NCBI GenBank assembly: GCA_965219425.1
Contig: OZ244741.1
Span: forward strand, 949,324 to 981,323
Direction: 5' to 3'
DNA length: 32,000 bases
Source: Dehalococcoidia bacterium
GTDB lineage: Bacteria; Chloroflexota; Dehalococcoidia; Lucifugimonadales; Australimonadaceae
In this document: positions 8,302 through 17,233 of the stretch, piece after piece
How positions within the stretch are numbered: position 1 is the stretch's first letter
How the letters are laid out: every line of letters starts with the position of its first letter
Made by a program: the position numbers and the translations under genes
Notes under the pieces: generated by a model
Told to the model about the DNA's origin: nothing
Databases searched by the model: none
What the model saw: only the letters and a program-made list of their open reading frames with translations

Positions 8302-9675
8302 ATGGGCGGACGTAGATGGCTCCTGACCCTCGCCGGCTCGCTCGCCGCCCTACTCGCAGCGGCTGTTCTGGCTTTCGCCGCATCGCAACCGCTGATTGGC
8401 GCGCTCGTGCTCATTGGAGCGTTAGCCGCGATGACGAGGGCTATTGCCGCACACCGCGTCGGCGGAGCGGCGCGGGCTGAGGCTGCGGCCGTCGGCGAGG
8501 CGATGGCGAGCGTGGCGTCCGGCGACTTCGCTGCCAGGCCCGGCCTTCTATCGTCCGAGCCGCTCAGCGCGCTCCAAGCCCCGTTCGACGCCATGGCCGG
8601 GTCCATCGCAGCCCTCTTCAGCCAGCTGTCGGACCAGCGAAGTCAGCTCGAGGCCGTGCTCGACACGATGGCCGACGGCGTGGTCGTGGTCGATGGCGAG
8701 AACAGACTCTCGTTGGCGAACCCAGCCGCTCAGGACCTCCTTGGGATCGGGAGCGTATCGGGCGAGCGGCTCAGCACAGCTTTCCGCGACCACGAGTTGC
8801 AGGGCCTGGTGACAGTCTGCCGCCGGCAGCACGCGCAGCAGCGCGCAGAGCTGCACCTCCCCAGCGTGCGGCGGACCGTCAGCGCAACGGCGACGCCGTT
8901 GATATCGTCGCCCGGAGCCCCCGAGGCGTCGGTCTTGCTCACCCTCCACGACCTCACGACCCTTCGTCAGCTGGAGACGACCCGCCGCGAGTTCGTCGCG
9001 AACGTCTCCCACGAGCTGCGCAGCCCGTTGGCCTCCGTGAAAGCGATGGTGGAGACGCTCGAAGGGGGCGCCATCAGTGACGAGGCCGTCGCCGCCGACT
9101 TCCTCCAACGCGCGCATCGCGAGGTCGACCGTATGAGCGCGATAGTAGACGACCTACTGGAGCTCTCCCGCATCGAGAGCGGCCAGTCCAAGCTGCGGAA
9201 AGAGATCGTCTCGCTAGCCGCCATCGCCATGGGAGTGCGCTCGACGTTGGAGCCGCGCTCCAGTTCGTCCGGAATCGAAGTCGAGGTCTCCGCTCATGCG
9301 GACTGGCCTGTCCTCGGCGACGAGGGAAAGCTGCGGCAGGTCGTCTCGAACCTCCTCGACAACGCGCTGAAGTTCACGCCTCAGGGAGGCCGCATCGAAA
9401 TCTCCATCGGCGAGAACCCCACCGGCGACGCAGTCCGGGTGGAGGTCCGCGACAACGGCGACGGCATATCGCCCGAACACCTGCCACACCTCTTCGAGCG
9501 CTTCTACAAGGCGGACCGCTCCCGCCACGGCAAGGGGACCGGCCTCGGGCTGGCCATCGTCAAGCACATCGTCGAGTCTCACGGCGGCGAGATCGGGGTC
9601 GAGAGCGAGCTGGGAACCGGGAGCACGGTCTGGTTCACCATCCCCCGTCCGGCACGCCTCCTAACCCCTCGTTAA
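8302..9675 (+). CDS. Sensor histidine kinase, PhoR-like (2 TM, HAMP-like linker, PAS, HisKA, HATPase_c)
   Basis: Two N-terminal TM helices with almost no external loop. PAS-like segment LEAVLDTMADGVVVVDGENRLSLANPAA, H-box FVANVSHELRSPL, N-box LLDNALKF and G-boxes DNGDGI / GTGLGLAIVKH. An AGGAG SD lies upstream. Confidence 0.85.
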   Translation: MGGRRWLLTLAGSLAALLAAAVLAFAASQPLIGALVLIGALAAMTRAIAAHRVGGAARAEAAAVGEAMASVASGDFAARPGLLSSEPLSALQAPFDAMAGSIAALFSQLSDQRSQLEAVLDTMADGVVVVDGENRLSLANPAAQDLLGIGSVSGERLSTAFRDHELQGLVTVCRRQHAQQRAELHLPSVRRTVSATATPLISSPGAPEASVLLTLHDLTTLRQLETTRREFVANVSHELRSPLASVKAMVETLEGGAISDEAVAADFLQRAHREVDRMSAIVDDLLELSRIESGQSKLRKEIVSLAAIAMGVRSTLEPRSSSSGIEVEVSAHADWPVLGDEGKLRQVVSNLLDNALKFTPQGGRIEISIGENPTGDAVRVEVRDNGDGISPEHLPHLFERFYKADRSRHGKGTGLGLAIVKHIVESHGGEIGVESELGTGSTVWFTIPRPARLLTPR

Positions 9676-9746
9676 CGCCCGCCTAACCCTAAACTCCCCG
9701 CGCGCGTCGGAGACTGCCTCCTGAGAACGAACTCAAGGAGGTCCTT

Positions 9747-10010
9747 TTGAAGGCGCCCGATATCACGAACCCCATCGGCCCGATGCGCCCCCCTCTGCTC
9801 AGTCGAGTAGGAACGATGCTGGCCAAGCGTTTGTTCGGACTAAGCGAGACCAGGGAATGCGAGGCCAGCGGCTCACAAGCCTGCTTGCTCGACGAGGAGG
9901 TCTCCATGCTGAGCTATGGCCTGCTGTTCGCCGAGAGTGCCTGGCTTTGCTCGACCTGCGGATGGATTGGGGCTGGCCAGCGCGTCGTCGGATGGCCCTC
10001 GGACTCGTGA
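9747..10010 (+). CDS. Hypothetical small ORF (87 codons, TTG start) in the kinase-pstS spacer; coding status uncertain
   Basis: Strong SD AAGGAGG 5 nt upstream of the TTG at 9747, and G/C-biased third positions in the first half. There are no recognisable motifs, and the region could equally be untranslated leader or regulatory DNA. Confidence 0.25.
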   Translation: MKAPDITNPIGPMRPPLLSRVGTMLAKRLFGLSETRECEASGSQACLLDEEVSMLSYGLLFAESAWLCSTCGWIGAGQRVVGWPSDS

Positions 10011-10053
10011 ACCCGTTTTCTCAGGAACACCGTTTTTCTCGGGAACACAAAGT

Positions 10054-10070
10054 TTAACCGTCCATTAATA
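10054..10070 (+). promoter_or_regulatory. Candidate Pho box: TTAACC-N5-TTAATA direct repeat (11-bp phasing) upstream of pstS
   Basis: Hexamers at 10054-10059 and 10065-10070. Further TTAAC-like motifs follow: TTAACG at 10088-10093 and GTAACG at 10102-10107. The same hexamer type occurs upstream of the regulator gene. Confidence 0.3.
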
Positions 10071-10134
10071 AAGGCTCCGGTCGGGCGTTAACGTCGCGTC
10101 CGTAACGTTTGGAGTGAACCAACGGACGGGAGGA

Positions 10135-11073
10135 ATGATGATCGCTAGTAGATATCTCCGGTTGAATGGCTTGGCCCTCTTTGCGGCGGTCCTCATCGCG
10201 GCCTTCGCGGCGTGCTCAGACCCCGCCCCGGACACAGGACTCGGTGGGACCATCCAGATCGATGGCTCTTCCACCGTCTTCCCCGTCACCCAAGCCGTCG
10301 CCGAAGAGTTCCGTAAGGAACAGCCCAACGTCCAAGTCAACGTCGCCGTCTCCGGCACCGGCGGTGGCTTCAAACGCTTCACCGTCGGCGAAACCGACGT
10401 CTCCAACGCCTCCAGACCCATCAGGGACTCCGAGGCCGAAGCCGCCGCCTCCAACGGCATCGAGTTCATCGAGATGCGCGTCGGCGCCGATGGCCTCTCC
10501 GTCATGGTCAACCCCGCCAACGACTTCGTCGATTGCCTCTCCATCGCCGAGCTCAACGAAATCTGGAAGCCCGGCTCAACCATCAACAACTGGCAACACG
10601 TTCGCTCAGGCTTCCCCGACCAGCGCCTGCGCCTCTACGGACCCGACACCGACTCCGGAACGTTCGACTACTTCACCGAAGAGGTCAACGGCGAGGCCCA
10701 GGTCTCCCGAGCCGACTACACCGCCTCCGCCGACGACAACGTCCTCGTCCGGGGCATCGCCGGCGACCGCGGCTCCCTCGGCTACTTCGGCTACGCCTAC
10801 TACCAAGAGAACAAGGACAGCCTCAAGGTCATCGGCGTCGACAACGGCGACGGCTGCGTCGTGCCCGAACCCTCCACCATCGAGGACGGCTCCTACACCC
10901 CACTCTCACGTCCTCTCTTCATCTACGTCAACGTCAAGAGCATCGAGAAGCCCGAAGTCCTCGCATTCGTCGAGTACTACATGGACAACGGCTACCAGCT
11001 CACCGGCGAAGAGGGCTACGTCCCCGTCGACCAAAGCGTCTACTCCGCCAATAAGGCCGCAGCGGGTCTCTAG
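10135..11073 (+). CDS. pstS: Phosphate ABC transporter substrate-binding lipoprotein PstS
   Basis: Lipoprotein signal with lipobox (LIAAFAAC). PstS family motifs GSSTVFPVTQAVAEEF, VSGTGGGFKRF, DVSNASRPI and LGYFGYAYY. The start at the ATG-ATG pair 10135/10138 follows GGGAGG; the ORF opens at 10114. Confidence 0.9.
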   Translation: MMIASRYLRLNGLALFAAVLIAAFAACSDPAPDTGLGGTIQIDGSSTVFPVTQAVAEEFRKEQPNVQVNVAVSGTGGGFKRFTVGETDVSNASRPIRDSEAEAAASNGIEFIEMRVGADGLSVMVNPANDFVDCLSIAELNEIWKPGSTINNWQHVRSGFPDQRLRLYGPDTDSGTFDYFTEEVNGEAQVSRADYTASADDNVLVRGIAGDRGSLGYFGYAYYQENKDSLKVIGVDNGDGCVVPEPSTIEDGSYTPLSRPLFIYVNVKSIEKPEVLAFVEYYMDNGYQLTGEEGYVPVDQSVYSANKAAAGL

Positions 11074-11094
11074 AAGAAGCGTTTCCTGGGGGGA

Positions 11095-11136
11095 CTGTGG
11101 TCTTCCTCCCACCGGGCAAACCCGGTTTGGCCACAG
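11095..11136 (+). promoter_or_regulatory. Nested hairpin in the pstS-pstC spacer (CTGTGG...CCGGG-CAAA-CCCGG-TTTGG-CCACAG); possible attenuator or mRNA-processing stabiliser
   Basis: Inverted repeats read directly from the sequence. The inner 5-bp stem is followed by TTTGG. The position between pstS and pstC is where differential expression within pst operons is commonly set. Confidence 0.35.
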
Positions 11137-11264
11137 CCCTCTGTCATCCCCTTGCAAACACTACAGAGCAGAGGCCTGGGAGGAGGATGAAGCCGACGGC
11201 CGGCGCAAGTGGCCGTCGGCTCCAATTACAGCGAAGACAGCACTAGACGAGCCGGGGATGAGTG

Positions 11265-12248
11265 ATGGACACTACCGCACGAGATGGCTTCGCAGCACCA
11301 ATCGGACAGCGCCGCAGAGCCGTGCAGCTGAACCGCAACCGCAAGCGCGGGGCGCTGCAGGGCCGCATCGTCCATTGGCTCTTCTTCGCCTGCGCCGTCA
11401 TGTCCGTCATCACAACCGGCGGGATCGTGGCGAGCCTGCTGAGTCAGTCCCTCGGATTCTTCGGCGAGATTGCCCTCTGGGACTTCCTGTTCGGCACAAC
11501 CTGGTCGCCCATCCTGAAAGACGCAGAGGGCAACCGGCACTATGGGGTCCTGCCGCTGGTTAGCGGCACGCTCCTCGTCGCGTCCATTGCGGCGGCCGTG
11601 GCCGTCCCCGCGGGGTTGGCCATCGCGATCTACCTCTCCGAGTACGCGCCCGACAAGATGCGGCGGACCATCAAGCCGATCTTGGAAGTGCTCGCGGGCA
11701 TCCCCACCGTCGTCTACGGCTACTTCGCCCTAACGTTCGTCACTCCGCTCCTGCAGAACATACCCATACGCATCTTCCGGGAGGACTTGCTGGTCTTCAA
11801 CGCGCTCAGCGCCGGGTTGGTGATGGGCCTGATGATTATCCCGATGGTCTCCTCGCTAAGCGAGGACGCCATGGTCGCGGTGCCGAGATCGCTCCGGAAC
11901 GCCGCGTACGCCCTCGGCGGGACACGCTTGGAAGTATCGCTCCGCATCGTCGTGCCCGCCGCTCTCTCAGGCATCATCGCTTCTTTCATCCTCGCGTTCT
12001 CCCGGGCCATCGGCGAGACGATGCTCGTGACGCTCGCCGCCGGCGCTACTCCTCGCCTCACCTTCAACCCGATCGAAAGCATCCAGGCCATGACGGCGTT
12101 CATCGTGCAGCTCGCGCTCGGAGAAACCCCGCATGGCTCACTGGAGTACAACACCATCTTCGCGGTCGGCCTGCTCCTATTCGCCTTCACCCTCGGCATG
12201 AACGTGCTCGGCCACTTCCTGGTCCGCCGCTTCCGTGAGGAGTACTGA
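11265..12248 (+). CDS. pstC: Phosphate ABC transporter permease PstC
   Basis: Six or more TM helices and the EAA-loop region [28 protein letters not shown] typical of PstC. The start is ATG 11265 (or GTG 11262), preceded by GGGGA. Confidence 0.9.
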   Translation: MDTTARDGFAAPIGQRRRAVQLNRNRKRGALQGRIVHWLFFACAVMSVITTGGIVASLLSQSLGFFGEIALWDFLFGTTWSPILKDAEGNRHYGVLPLVSGTLLVASIAAAVAVPAGLAIAIYLSEYAPDKMRRTIKPILEVLAGIPTVVYGYFALTFVTPLLQNIPIRIFREDLLVFNALSAGLVMGLMIIPMVSSLSEDAMVAVPRSLRNAAYALGGTRLEVSLRIVVPAALSGIIASFILAFSRAIGETMLVTLAAGATPRLTFNPIESIQAMTAFIVQLALGETPHGSLEYNTIFAVGLLLFAFTLGMNVLGHFLVRRFREEY

Positions 12249-12249
12249 T

Positions 12250-13137
12250 ATGGCCAAGACAGAGATCACCGCTCTGCTGGACCCGCGCCTCGCGGTGCGC
12301 AAGCGCATCGGCGCGTTCGCCTACGTTATCTTCATCGCCGCCATCTTCCTGGGGTTGGCCGGGCTGACCGCCCTGCTGGTGCGCGTGCTGTGGGAGGGCG
12401 TCCCTTGGCTCAGCGTCCACTTCATCACGGACTACCCTTCCCGCTTCCCTGAACAGGCCGGCATGAAGTCGGCAATCTTCGGGACAATATGGATCATGGG
12501 GCTGACCGCTCTGTTCACCATCCCGGTGGGCGTCGGAGCGGCCGTCTACCTGGAGGAGTACGCGCCCAAGAACTGGCTAACTCGCATCATCGAGGTCAAC
12601 ATATCCAACCTGGCGGGAGTGCCGTCCATCGTCTACGGACTGCTCGGCCTCGCGGTCTTCGTGCAGATCCTATCGATGGGGCGAACGGTGGTTGCGGGCG
12701 CGCTCACGATGTCGCTGCTCGTGATGCCGATTGTCATCATCGCCTCCCGAGAGGCGATACGCTCCGTTCCCTCGACCTACCGTGAGGCGGCGTACGGCCT
12801 CGGCGCGACGAAGTTCCAGACCGTGAAGGACATCGTCCTGCCCCAAGCGACCCCAGGCATAATGACCGGCACCATCCTCGCCATGTCGCGGGCCATCGGA
12901 GAGGCCGCCCCGATGGTCGCCATCAGCGCGCTCGTCTTCCTCACGTTCATCCCAACCGACCCGCTCGACGAGTTCTCCGTGATGCCCATCCAGATATACA
13001 ACTGGGTCAGCCAGCCCCAAGCGGGCTTCAGGGGCATCGCCGCCGCAGGCATCATCATCCTCCTCGGAGTCCTGCTCTCAATGAACGCCGTGGCGATCTA
13101 CATCCGCAACCGCACGCAGAAGAGGTCTGAGGAATGA
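12250..13137 (+). CDS. pstA: Phosphate ABC transporter permease PstA
   Basis: The ATG at 12250 is 1 nt after the pstC stop. It has the PstA-type EAA loop [28 protein letters not shown]. The ORF opens at 12235 inside pstC. Confidence 0.9.
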   Translation: MAKTEITALLDPRLAVRKRIGAFAYVIFIAAIFLGLAGLTALLVRVLWEGVPWLSVHFITDYPSRFPEQAGMKSAIFGTIWIMGLTALFTIPVGVGAAVYLEEYAPKNWLTRIIEVNISNLAGVPSIVYGLLGLAVFVQILSMGRTVVAGALTMSLLVMPIVIIASREAIRSVPSTYREAAYGLGATKFQTVKDIVLPQATPGIMTGTILAMSRAIGEAAPMVAISALVFLTFIPTDPLDEFSVMPIQIYNWVSQPQAGFRGIAAAGIIILLGVLLSMNAVAIYIRNRTQKRSEE

Positions 13138-13925
13138 CAACTACAACGGACGTCACCGCCACGAACACGACCCTCAGCGTCGCGAACCTCGATATGTACT
13201 ACGGCTCGTTCCAGGCGCTGCGGGACATCAGCCTGGAAGTACAGCGAAACACGGTGACCGCTCTCATCGGCCCCTCCGGGTCCGGCAAGAGCACCCTGTT
13301 GCGCTGCTTCAACCGCATGAACGACCTCGTGCCCGGCGCTCGCATAGAAGGCCAGGTGCTCTTCAACGGAGAGGACATCTACCACCCTAGCGTCGACCCC
13401 ACGGAGATTCGGCTCCGCGTCGGCATGGTGTTCCAGAAACCCAACCCCTTCCCGAAGTCCATCTATGACAACGTCGCCTTTGGACTCCGCATCAACGGTT
13501 TCAGGGGCAACATGGATGAAGCCGTGGAGAGGTCCCTCCGCAAGGCCGCCCTCTGGGACGAAGTGAAGGACCGCCTCAAGGCGAGCGGCTTGACCCTCTC
13601 CGGCGGGCAGCAGCAGCGCCTGTGCATCGCTCGCGCCGTCGCCGTCCAGCCCGACGTCATCCTCATGGACGAGCCGGCCTCATCCCTCGACCCCATCTCG
13701 ACCCTCGCGATCGAGGACCTCATGCGCGAATTGAAGCGTGACTATACAATCATCGTCGTAACGCACAATATGCAGCAGGCGGCGCGCGCCTCCGACTGGA
13801 CCGCGTTCATGACGATGGGCGAGGATCGGGCGGGATATCTCGTCGAAGTCGGCTCCACGCACGACATCTTTACCAACCCCAAGGACGAGCGGACCGAGGG
13901 CTACATCACCGGCAGGTTTGGCTAA
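13134..13925 (+). CDS. pstB: Phosphate ABC transporter ATP-binding protein PstB
   Basis: ATGA overlap with the pstA stop. Walker [10 protein letters not shown], PstB-specific [20 protein letters not shown], signature [14 protein letters not shown] and Walker [12 protein letters not shown]. Confidence 0.95.
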   Translation: MTTTTDVTATNTTLSVANLDMYYGSFQALRDISLEVQRNTVTALIGPSGSGKSTLLRCFNRMNDLVPGARIEGQVLFNGEDIYHPSVDPTEIRLRVGMVFQKPNPFPKSIYDNVAFGLRINGFRGNMDEAVERSLRKAALWDEVKDRLKASGLTLSGGQQQRLCIARAVAVQPDVILMDEPASSLDPISTLAIEDLMRELKRDYTIIVVTHNMQQAARASDWTAFMTMGEDRAGYLVEVGSTHDIFTNPKDERTEGYITGRFG

Positions 13926-13939
13926 GGGGGAGACCCATC

Positions 13940-14620
13940 ATGTTTCACGCGCGATCATCCCGGTCCGAGTTTGACCACTCTCTCCAACAGCTCCAAGACA
14001 GCCTCCTCGGTCTTGGAAGCATGGTTGAGAAGGCGATTGCCAAGGCTGTCGAGGCGCTCAAGGACCGCGACTTGGACATGTCGCGGCAGGTCATCCGCGA
14101 GGACGACGCCATCGACAGCAAGCGGACCGAGCTGGAAGAGCGGGTCGTCGACCTGATCGCCAGCCAGCAGCCCGTCGCCTTTGACCTGCGCACGCTCATC
14201 ACCACGCTTCACATTTCGATGGAGCTGGAGCGCATCGGCGACTACGCCGAGGGCATCGGCAAGATCAGCCTGATGATGGGCGATCAGCCGCCCGTCAAAC
14301 CCCTCGTGGACATCCCCCGCATGGCGGAGAAGTCCTCGGCGATGCTCCGCGCCTCCCTCGACGCGCTGGTCAAGCGTGACACTGAGCTGGCCTACCAGGT
14401 CCTCGCGGACGACGACGAGGTCGACGCGCTCTATGACCAGGTCTACCACGAGCTGCTGTTGCTCATGCTGAAGGACCCCAAGGTCATCGAGCGAGCAACG
14501 TACCTCCTGTGGACGGCCCATGACTTGGAGCGCATCGGCGACCGGGCGACGAACATCGCCGAGCAGGTCGTCTACTTGGTTACGGGGAAGATGGTCCCGA
14601 GCCTGACCTCGAAGTACTAG
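13940..14620 (+). CDS. phoU: Phosphate signalling complex protein PhoU
   Basis: Two PhoU repeats with the conserved E(L)ERIGD motifs (MELERIGDYAE and HDLERIGDRATNIAE). 226 aa, immediately downstream of pstB. Confidence 0.95.
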   Translation: MFHARSSRSEFDHSLQQLQDSLLGLGSMVEKAIAKAVEALKDRDLDMSRQVIREDDAIDSKRTELEERVVDLIASQQPVAFDLRTLITTLHISMELERIGDYAEGIGKISLMMGDQPPVKPLVDIPRMAEKSSAMLRASLDALVKRDTELAYQVLADDDEVDALYDQVYHELLLLMLKDPKVIERATYLLWTAHDLERIGDRATNIAEQVVYLVTGKMVPSLTSKY

Positions 14621-14626
14621 GCCCCG

Positions 14627-16132
14627 TCAGTCCGCTACGATGGGCTGCGCGACTATCCACAGGCTCAACATCGTGTAGCCCGTCATCAGCGCCATCATCG
14701 GCAGCTGCGACCGTAGCGCAAGCGCCCGGCTCGCGAAGGTCCGTCCGGCAATGACATGAGCGGCGTACACCGCGGCGATGTGCCCGATGACGATGGCCGC
14801 CACGCCCGCGACCCACGCAAAGCGCGCGTTCACGACTCCGATGTCGATGGCGTAGCCGGCCGTGCCGAACAGGTTCCACCCCACGCCCAACGGGTCAGAC
14901 GCAAGGGGAACGATGCGCTGTCCCTGGATGAGCAAGAAGCTCAGGAAGTGGGCGACGTGGTACGCCAGCGCGATGGGCGCGAGCGAGACGGCAAACCGGC
15001 CGATGAGGTCGCCTACGGACTCCTCGGACCGGCCGAGGCGCCGCATCAGCAGCGCAGTCAGAGCGAAGGCTCCGAACAGCAGCGCCGGCGCCAGCAGCAG
15101 ACCGAAGGTCCTGATGCCGGTGAACGCGTGCACCCCGAGCCACGAGAAGGCCCCGAAAGAGTCCGCGAGGAACGACGCCCACAGCGGCGTCTCTGAAAAG
15201 CCGTCGAACGAGACCGTCGACAGCATCAGCGCCAGGAACGCCGCGCCCGAGAACGTCAGCCGATCGCCCGTCAGCAAGCCGCTCCCCCACGGCCGCAGGT
15301 TCCACTCCCGCTGCGCGGGCGGCGCCATCGAGTAAGCCTCGTAGTCGTCCACCACCTGCCCCTGCCCGCCGGGCGCGGGCGCCCGGACCTCCAATGGAGC
15401 GAACCGCGCAAAGAAGGCCATCGCGATGGAAAGCGCCTCTCCGTGCTTCAGCCACGTGTCCCTGCCGTAGACGTACATCCCCGCGAAGGTGACGCCCGTA
15501 TAGGCCAGCGCGAGCGTTGCAACCCGCGACGGTCTCCCGGAGTCGGGCCACGCCACCTCGGCCCACGCGAAGACGAGGAACAATGCGACCGCAGGCCAAG
15601 CGCTTAGCTCCGACGGGTACTCGACCCCTCGGTTCAGGCGCCCGCCGGTAAGCCGCTGCCAAAGGGCCTCCGCCCAGCCGAAGAGCACCTTCCAAGGGTT
15701 GATCAGCGCCCACAGGTTCCCAACGAGTCCGCTGACGTAAGCGAGTCCCACCCAGAAGACGACCCAGGTCATAGTCGGCACGAGGTTGCGGTTCGGGTCC
15801 GAGCTCCCTGCGAACCCGGCAACCAGGTACGTAACGAATACGACGACAGACGCCAGTTTGACAGCGAAGAGAAAGCGGCCGTCCGCGAGCAGGCGGCCCG
15901 CCCGTCGGCGCAACAGATTGGCCCTTGGATAGTCCCCGCCTGTCCCGCCCCGCGCGAACAGAACGATTACGACGAACGACAGGGCGACCGCTATCCCCGC
16001 CCCGATGACGTAGAACGACAACGGGACGGGGAGATCATAGCGCTCGCCGAAACCGTGGGCGTACGCAGTGCCCGGCGCCGCCGCGAACAGCAGCAGCGGC
16101 CCGGCAATCGCGATTGCTCTCCTCCGGCTCAT
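14627..16132 (-). CDS. Hypothetical polytopic membrane protein (501 aa) with cleavable signal peptide and predicted mature N-terminus HGFGERYDLPVPL
   Basis: Signal peptide MSRRRAIAIAGPLLLFAAAPGTAYA followed by HG. About 12 hydrophobic segments. The start is 7 nt after the stop of the upstream lipoprotein gene, with GGGGGA as SD. I could not recall a named family. Confidence 0.7.
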   Translation of the reverse strand: MSRRRAIAIAGPLLLFAAAPGTAYAHGFGERYDLPVPLSFYVIGAGIAVALSFVVIVLFARGGTGGDYPRANLLRRRAGRLLADGRFLFAVKLASVVVFVTYLVAGFAGSSDPNRNLVPTMTWVVFWVGLAYVSGLVGNLWALINPWKVLFGWAEALWQRLTGGRLNRGVEYPSELSAWPAVALFLVFAWAEVAWPDSGRPSRVATLALAYTGVTFAGMYVYGRDTWLKHGEALSIAMAFFARFAPLEVRAPAPGGQGQVVDDYEAYSMAPPAQREWNLRPWGSGLLTGDRLTFSGAAFLALMLSTVSFDGFSETPLWASFLADSFGAFSWLGVHAFTGIRTFGLLLAPALLFGAFALTALLMRRLGRSEESVGDLIGRFAVSLAPIALAYHVAHFLSFLLIQGQRIVPLASDPLGVGWNLFGTAGYAIDIGVVNARFAWVAGVAAIVIGHIAAVYAAHVIAGRTFASRALALRSQLPMMALMTGYTMLSLWIVAQPIVAD

Positions 16133-16139
16133 CGTCCCC

Positions 16140-16565
16140 CTACCGGGGGCGGACCTCCAGTGTTGCGATGGTGATGTCGCCGCCGTCGTCCGAGTGGTCT
16201 CCGCCGCTTGCTTGATGCCCGCTGCCGTCGCCGACGTCCGACAGGTGCAGGGCGATTACGAAGCTGCCGGTGGCGCCGGCCTCGAATGTGATCTCCCCGT
16301 TGCCGTTGGCGTCCACCCTGGCCCGTAGATCGTAGCCGTGGACGTGGAACACGCCGGCTATGTCGGCGGACACGTTCAGCGTCACGCCGTCGCCCTGCTT
16401 CACGACGAACGTATCGCTCTCGCCCTCTAGCTCTCCGCCCATGACCGACAACTCAAAGGACAAGGACTCCTTGCTCCCGCCGCCGCACGCCGCGAGCCCT
16501 AGCGCGACCACGAGGACCGCGAGGAGGGCGGGTAGTAGTCTGTTCAGCGTATGCTCCGGTTTCAT
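16140..16565 (-). CDS. Cupredoxin-like domain lipoprotein (141 aa) with His/Asp-rich C-terminal tail
   Basis: Lipoprotein signal MKPEHTLNRLLPALLAVLVVALGLAAC. Its body VVKQGDGVTLNVSADIAGVFHVHGYDL...ITFEAGATGSFVIALH resembles the cupredoxin-like (EfeO N-terminal type) fold pattern. The tail is DVGDGSGHQASGGDHSDDGGD. The start ATG at 16565 overlaps the upstream gene's stop by 4 nt. The longer listed ORF (to 16961) is an out-of-frame extension over the upstream gene. Confidence 0.65.
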   Translation of the reverse strand: MKPEHTLNRLLPALLAVLVVALGLAACGGGSKESLSFELSVMGGELEGESDTFVVKQGDGVTLNVSADIAGVFHVHGYDLRARVDANGNGEITFEAGATGSFVIALHLSDVGDGSGHQASGGDHSDDGGDITIATLEVRPR

Positions 16566-17119
16566 GTTCTCCGACGCTTGGCCCGGCCCCTTTGCCGGAC
16601 GGCCCCCCACGCCAGCCAGACGATGGGCAGGACCAGCCCCAGCCCGGCGATGAGCGCCGTCCAGGGAAAGCCCCTTCCCGAAATGACCGTCACCGGCAGC
16701 GTGAGCGTCTCGGGGCCGCGCTCGGAATCGATATTGATCACAATCTCCCACTGCCCCTCGGCTTCGGGGTCGAAGGTGGCCGAGTAGTCGTTGGCCGTGA
16801 CGAGAAAGGCGCGGGTCGCGGTCTTGGGGCCGAGCCGCGCGCCTTCTCTCGCCGCCGACACCACGACGCGCGGGCTGTAGCCAAGCTCGGCTTCCGGGGC
16901 GCCCGGCTCGAACGTCACCGCGACTTCGAGGAAGCCGACCAAGGGCACGGCGGTGACCCACAGCTCATAGGGACCCTTGGCGCCCCGGAACAGGTCGACC
17001 TCGAGCTCGTGTTGTCCGTGGGCATGCGCCGGAGCAGCGCCCGCTACGAGTATGAGCGCCGTCAGCAACACGGCTCGAACGAGGGTTGACCCCCGGGCTT
17101 GCGGCCCGCTCTCCTTCAC
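16562..17119 (-). CDS. Hypothetical secreted protein with C-terminal membrane anchor (185 aa), predicted mature N-terminus HGQHELEV
   Basis: Signal peptide ending AAPAHA followed by HGQHE. A beta-rich middle domain is followed by a C-terminal TM helix (WTALIAGLGLVLPIVWLAWGAV) and a basic tail RQRGRAKRRRT. It is the first gene of a translationally coupled triplet. Confidence 0.65.
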   Translation of the reverse strand: MKESGPQARGSTLVRAVLLTALILVAGAAPAHAHGQHELEVDLFRGAKGPYELWVTAVPLVGFLEVAVTFEPGAPEAELGYSPRVVVSAAREGARLGPKTATRAFLVTANDYSATFDPEAEGQWEIVINIDSERGPETLTLPVTVISGRGFPWTALIAGLGLVLPIVWLAWGAVRQRGRAKRRRT

Positions 17120-17138
17120 ACCGTCACCTCAAATCGCT

Positions 17139-17224
17139 TCCGTCATTCCCGCGCAGGCTCCGTCATTCCCGCGCAGGCGGGAACCTCGCGTCCTCCATCA
17201 GGGCGGATTTCAGACCCGCCCCAC
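17139..17224. repeat. REP-like hairpin elements: duplicated TCCGTCATTCCCGCGCAGGC (20-bp period) ending in hairpin TTCCCGC-GCAG-GCGGGAA, then hairpin GGGCGG-N9-CCGCCC
   Basis: Direct and inverted repeats read from the sequence at 17139-17183 and 17201-17224, in the spacer between two minus-strand genes. Confidence 0.7.
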
Positions 17225-17233
17225 CTCACTCCC

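Noticed and set aside
9689-9907. 72-aa minus-strand ORF in the kinase-pstS spacer
   Set aside because: No SD, and it is Ser/Leu-rich. It overlaps the slightly better-supported plus-strand small ORF. Neither ORF is strongly supported.
10166-11563. 465-aa plus-strand ORF overlapping pstS and pstC in another frame (Pro/Ser/Thr/Ala-rich)
   Set aside because: It is an alternative frame of genuine pstS/pstC coding sequence. It is low-complexity, with no independent start signal.
16566-16961. Upstream extension of the lipoprotein ORF (listed as 16140-16961)
   Set aside because: The extension overlaps the 185-aa gene out of frame. The internal ATG at 16565 gives a canonical lipoprotein signal peptide and a 4-nt coupling overlap.
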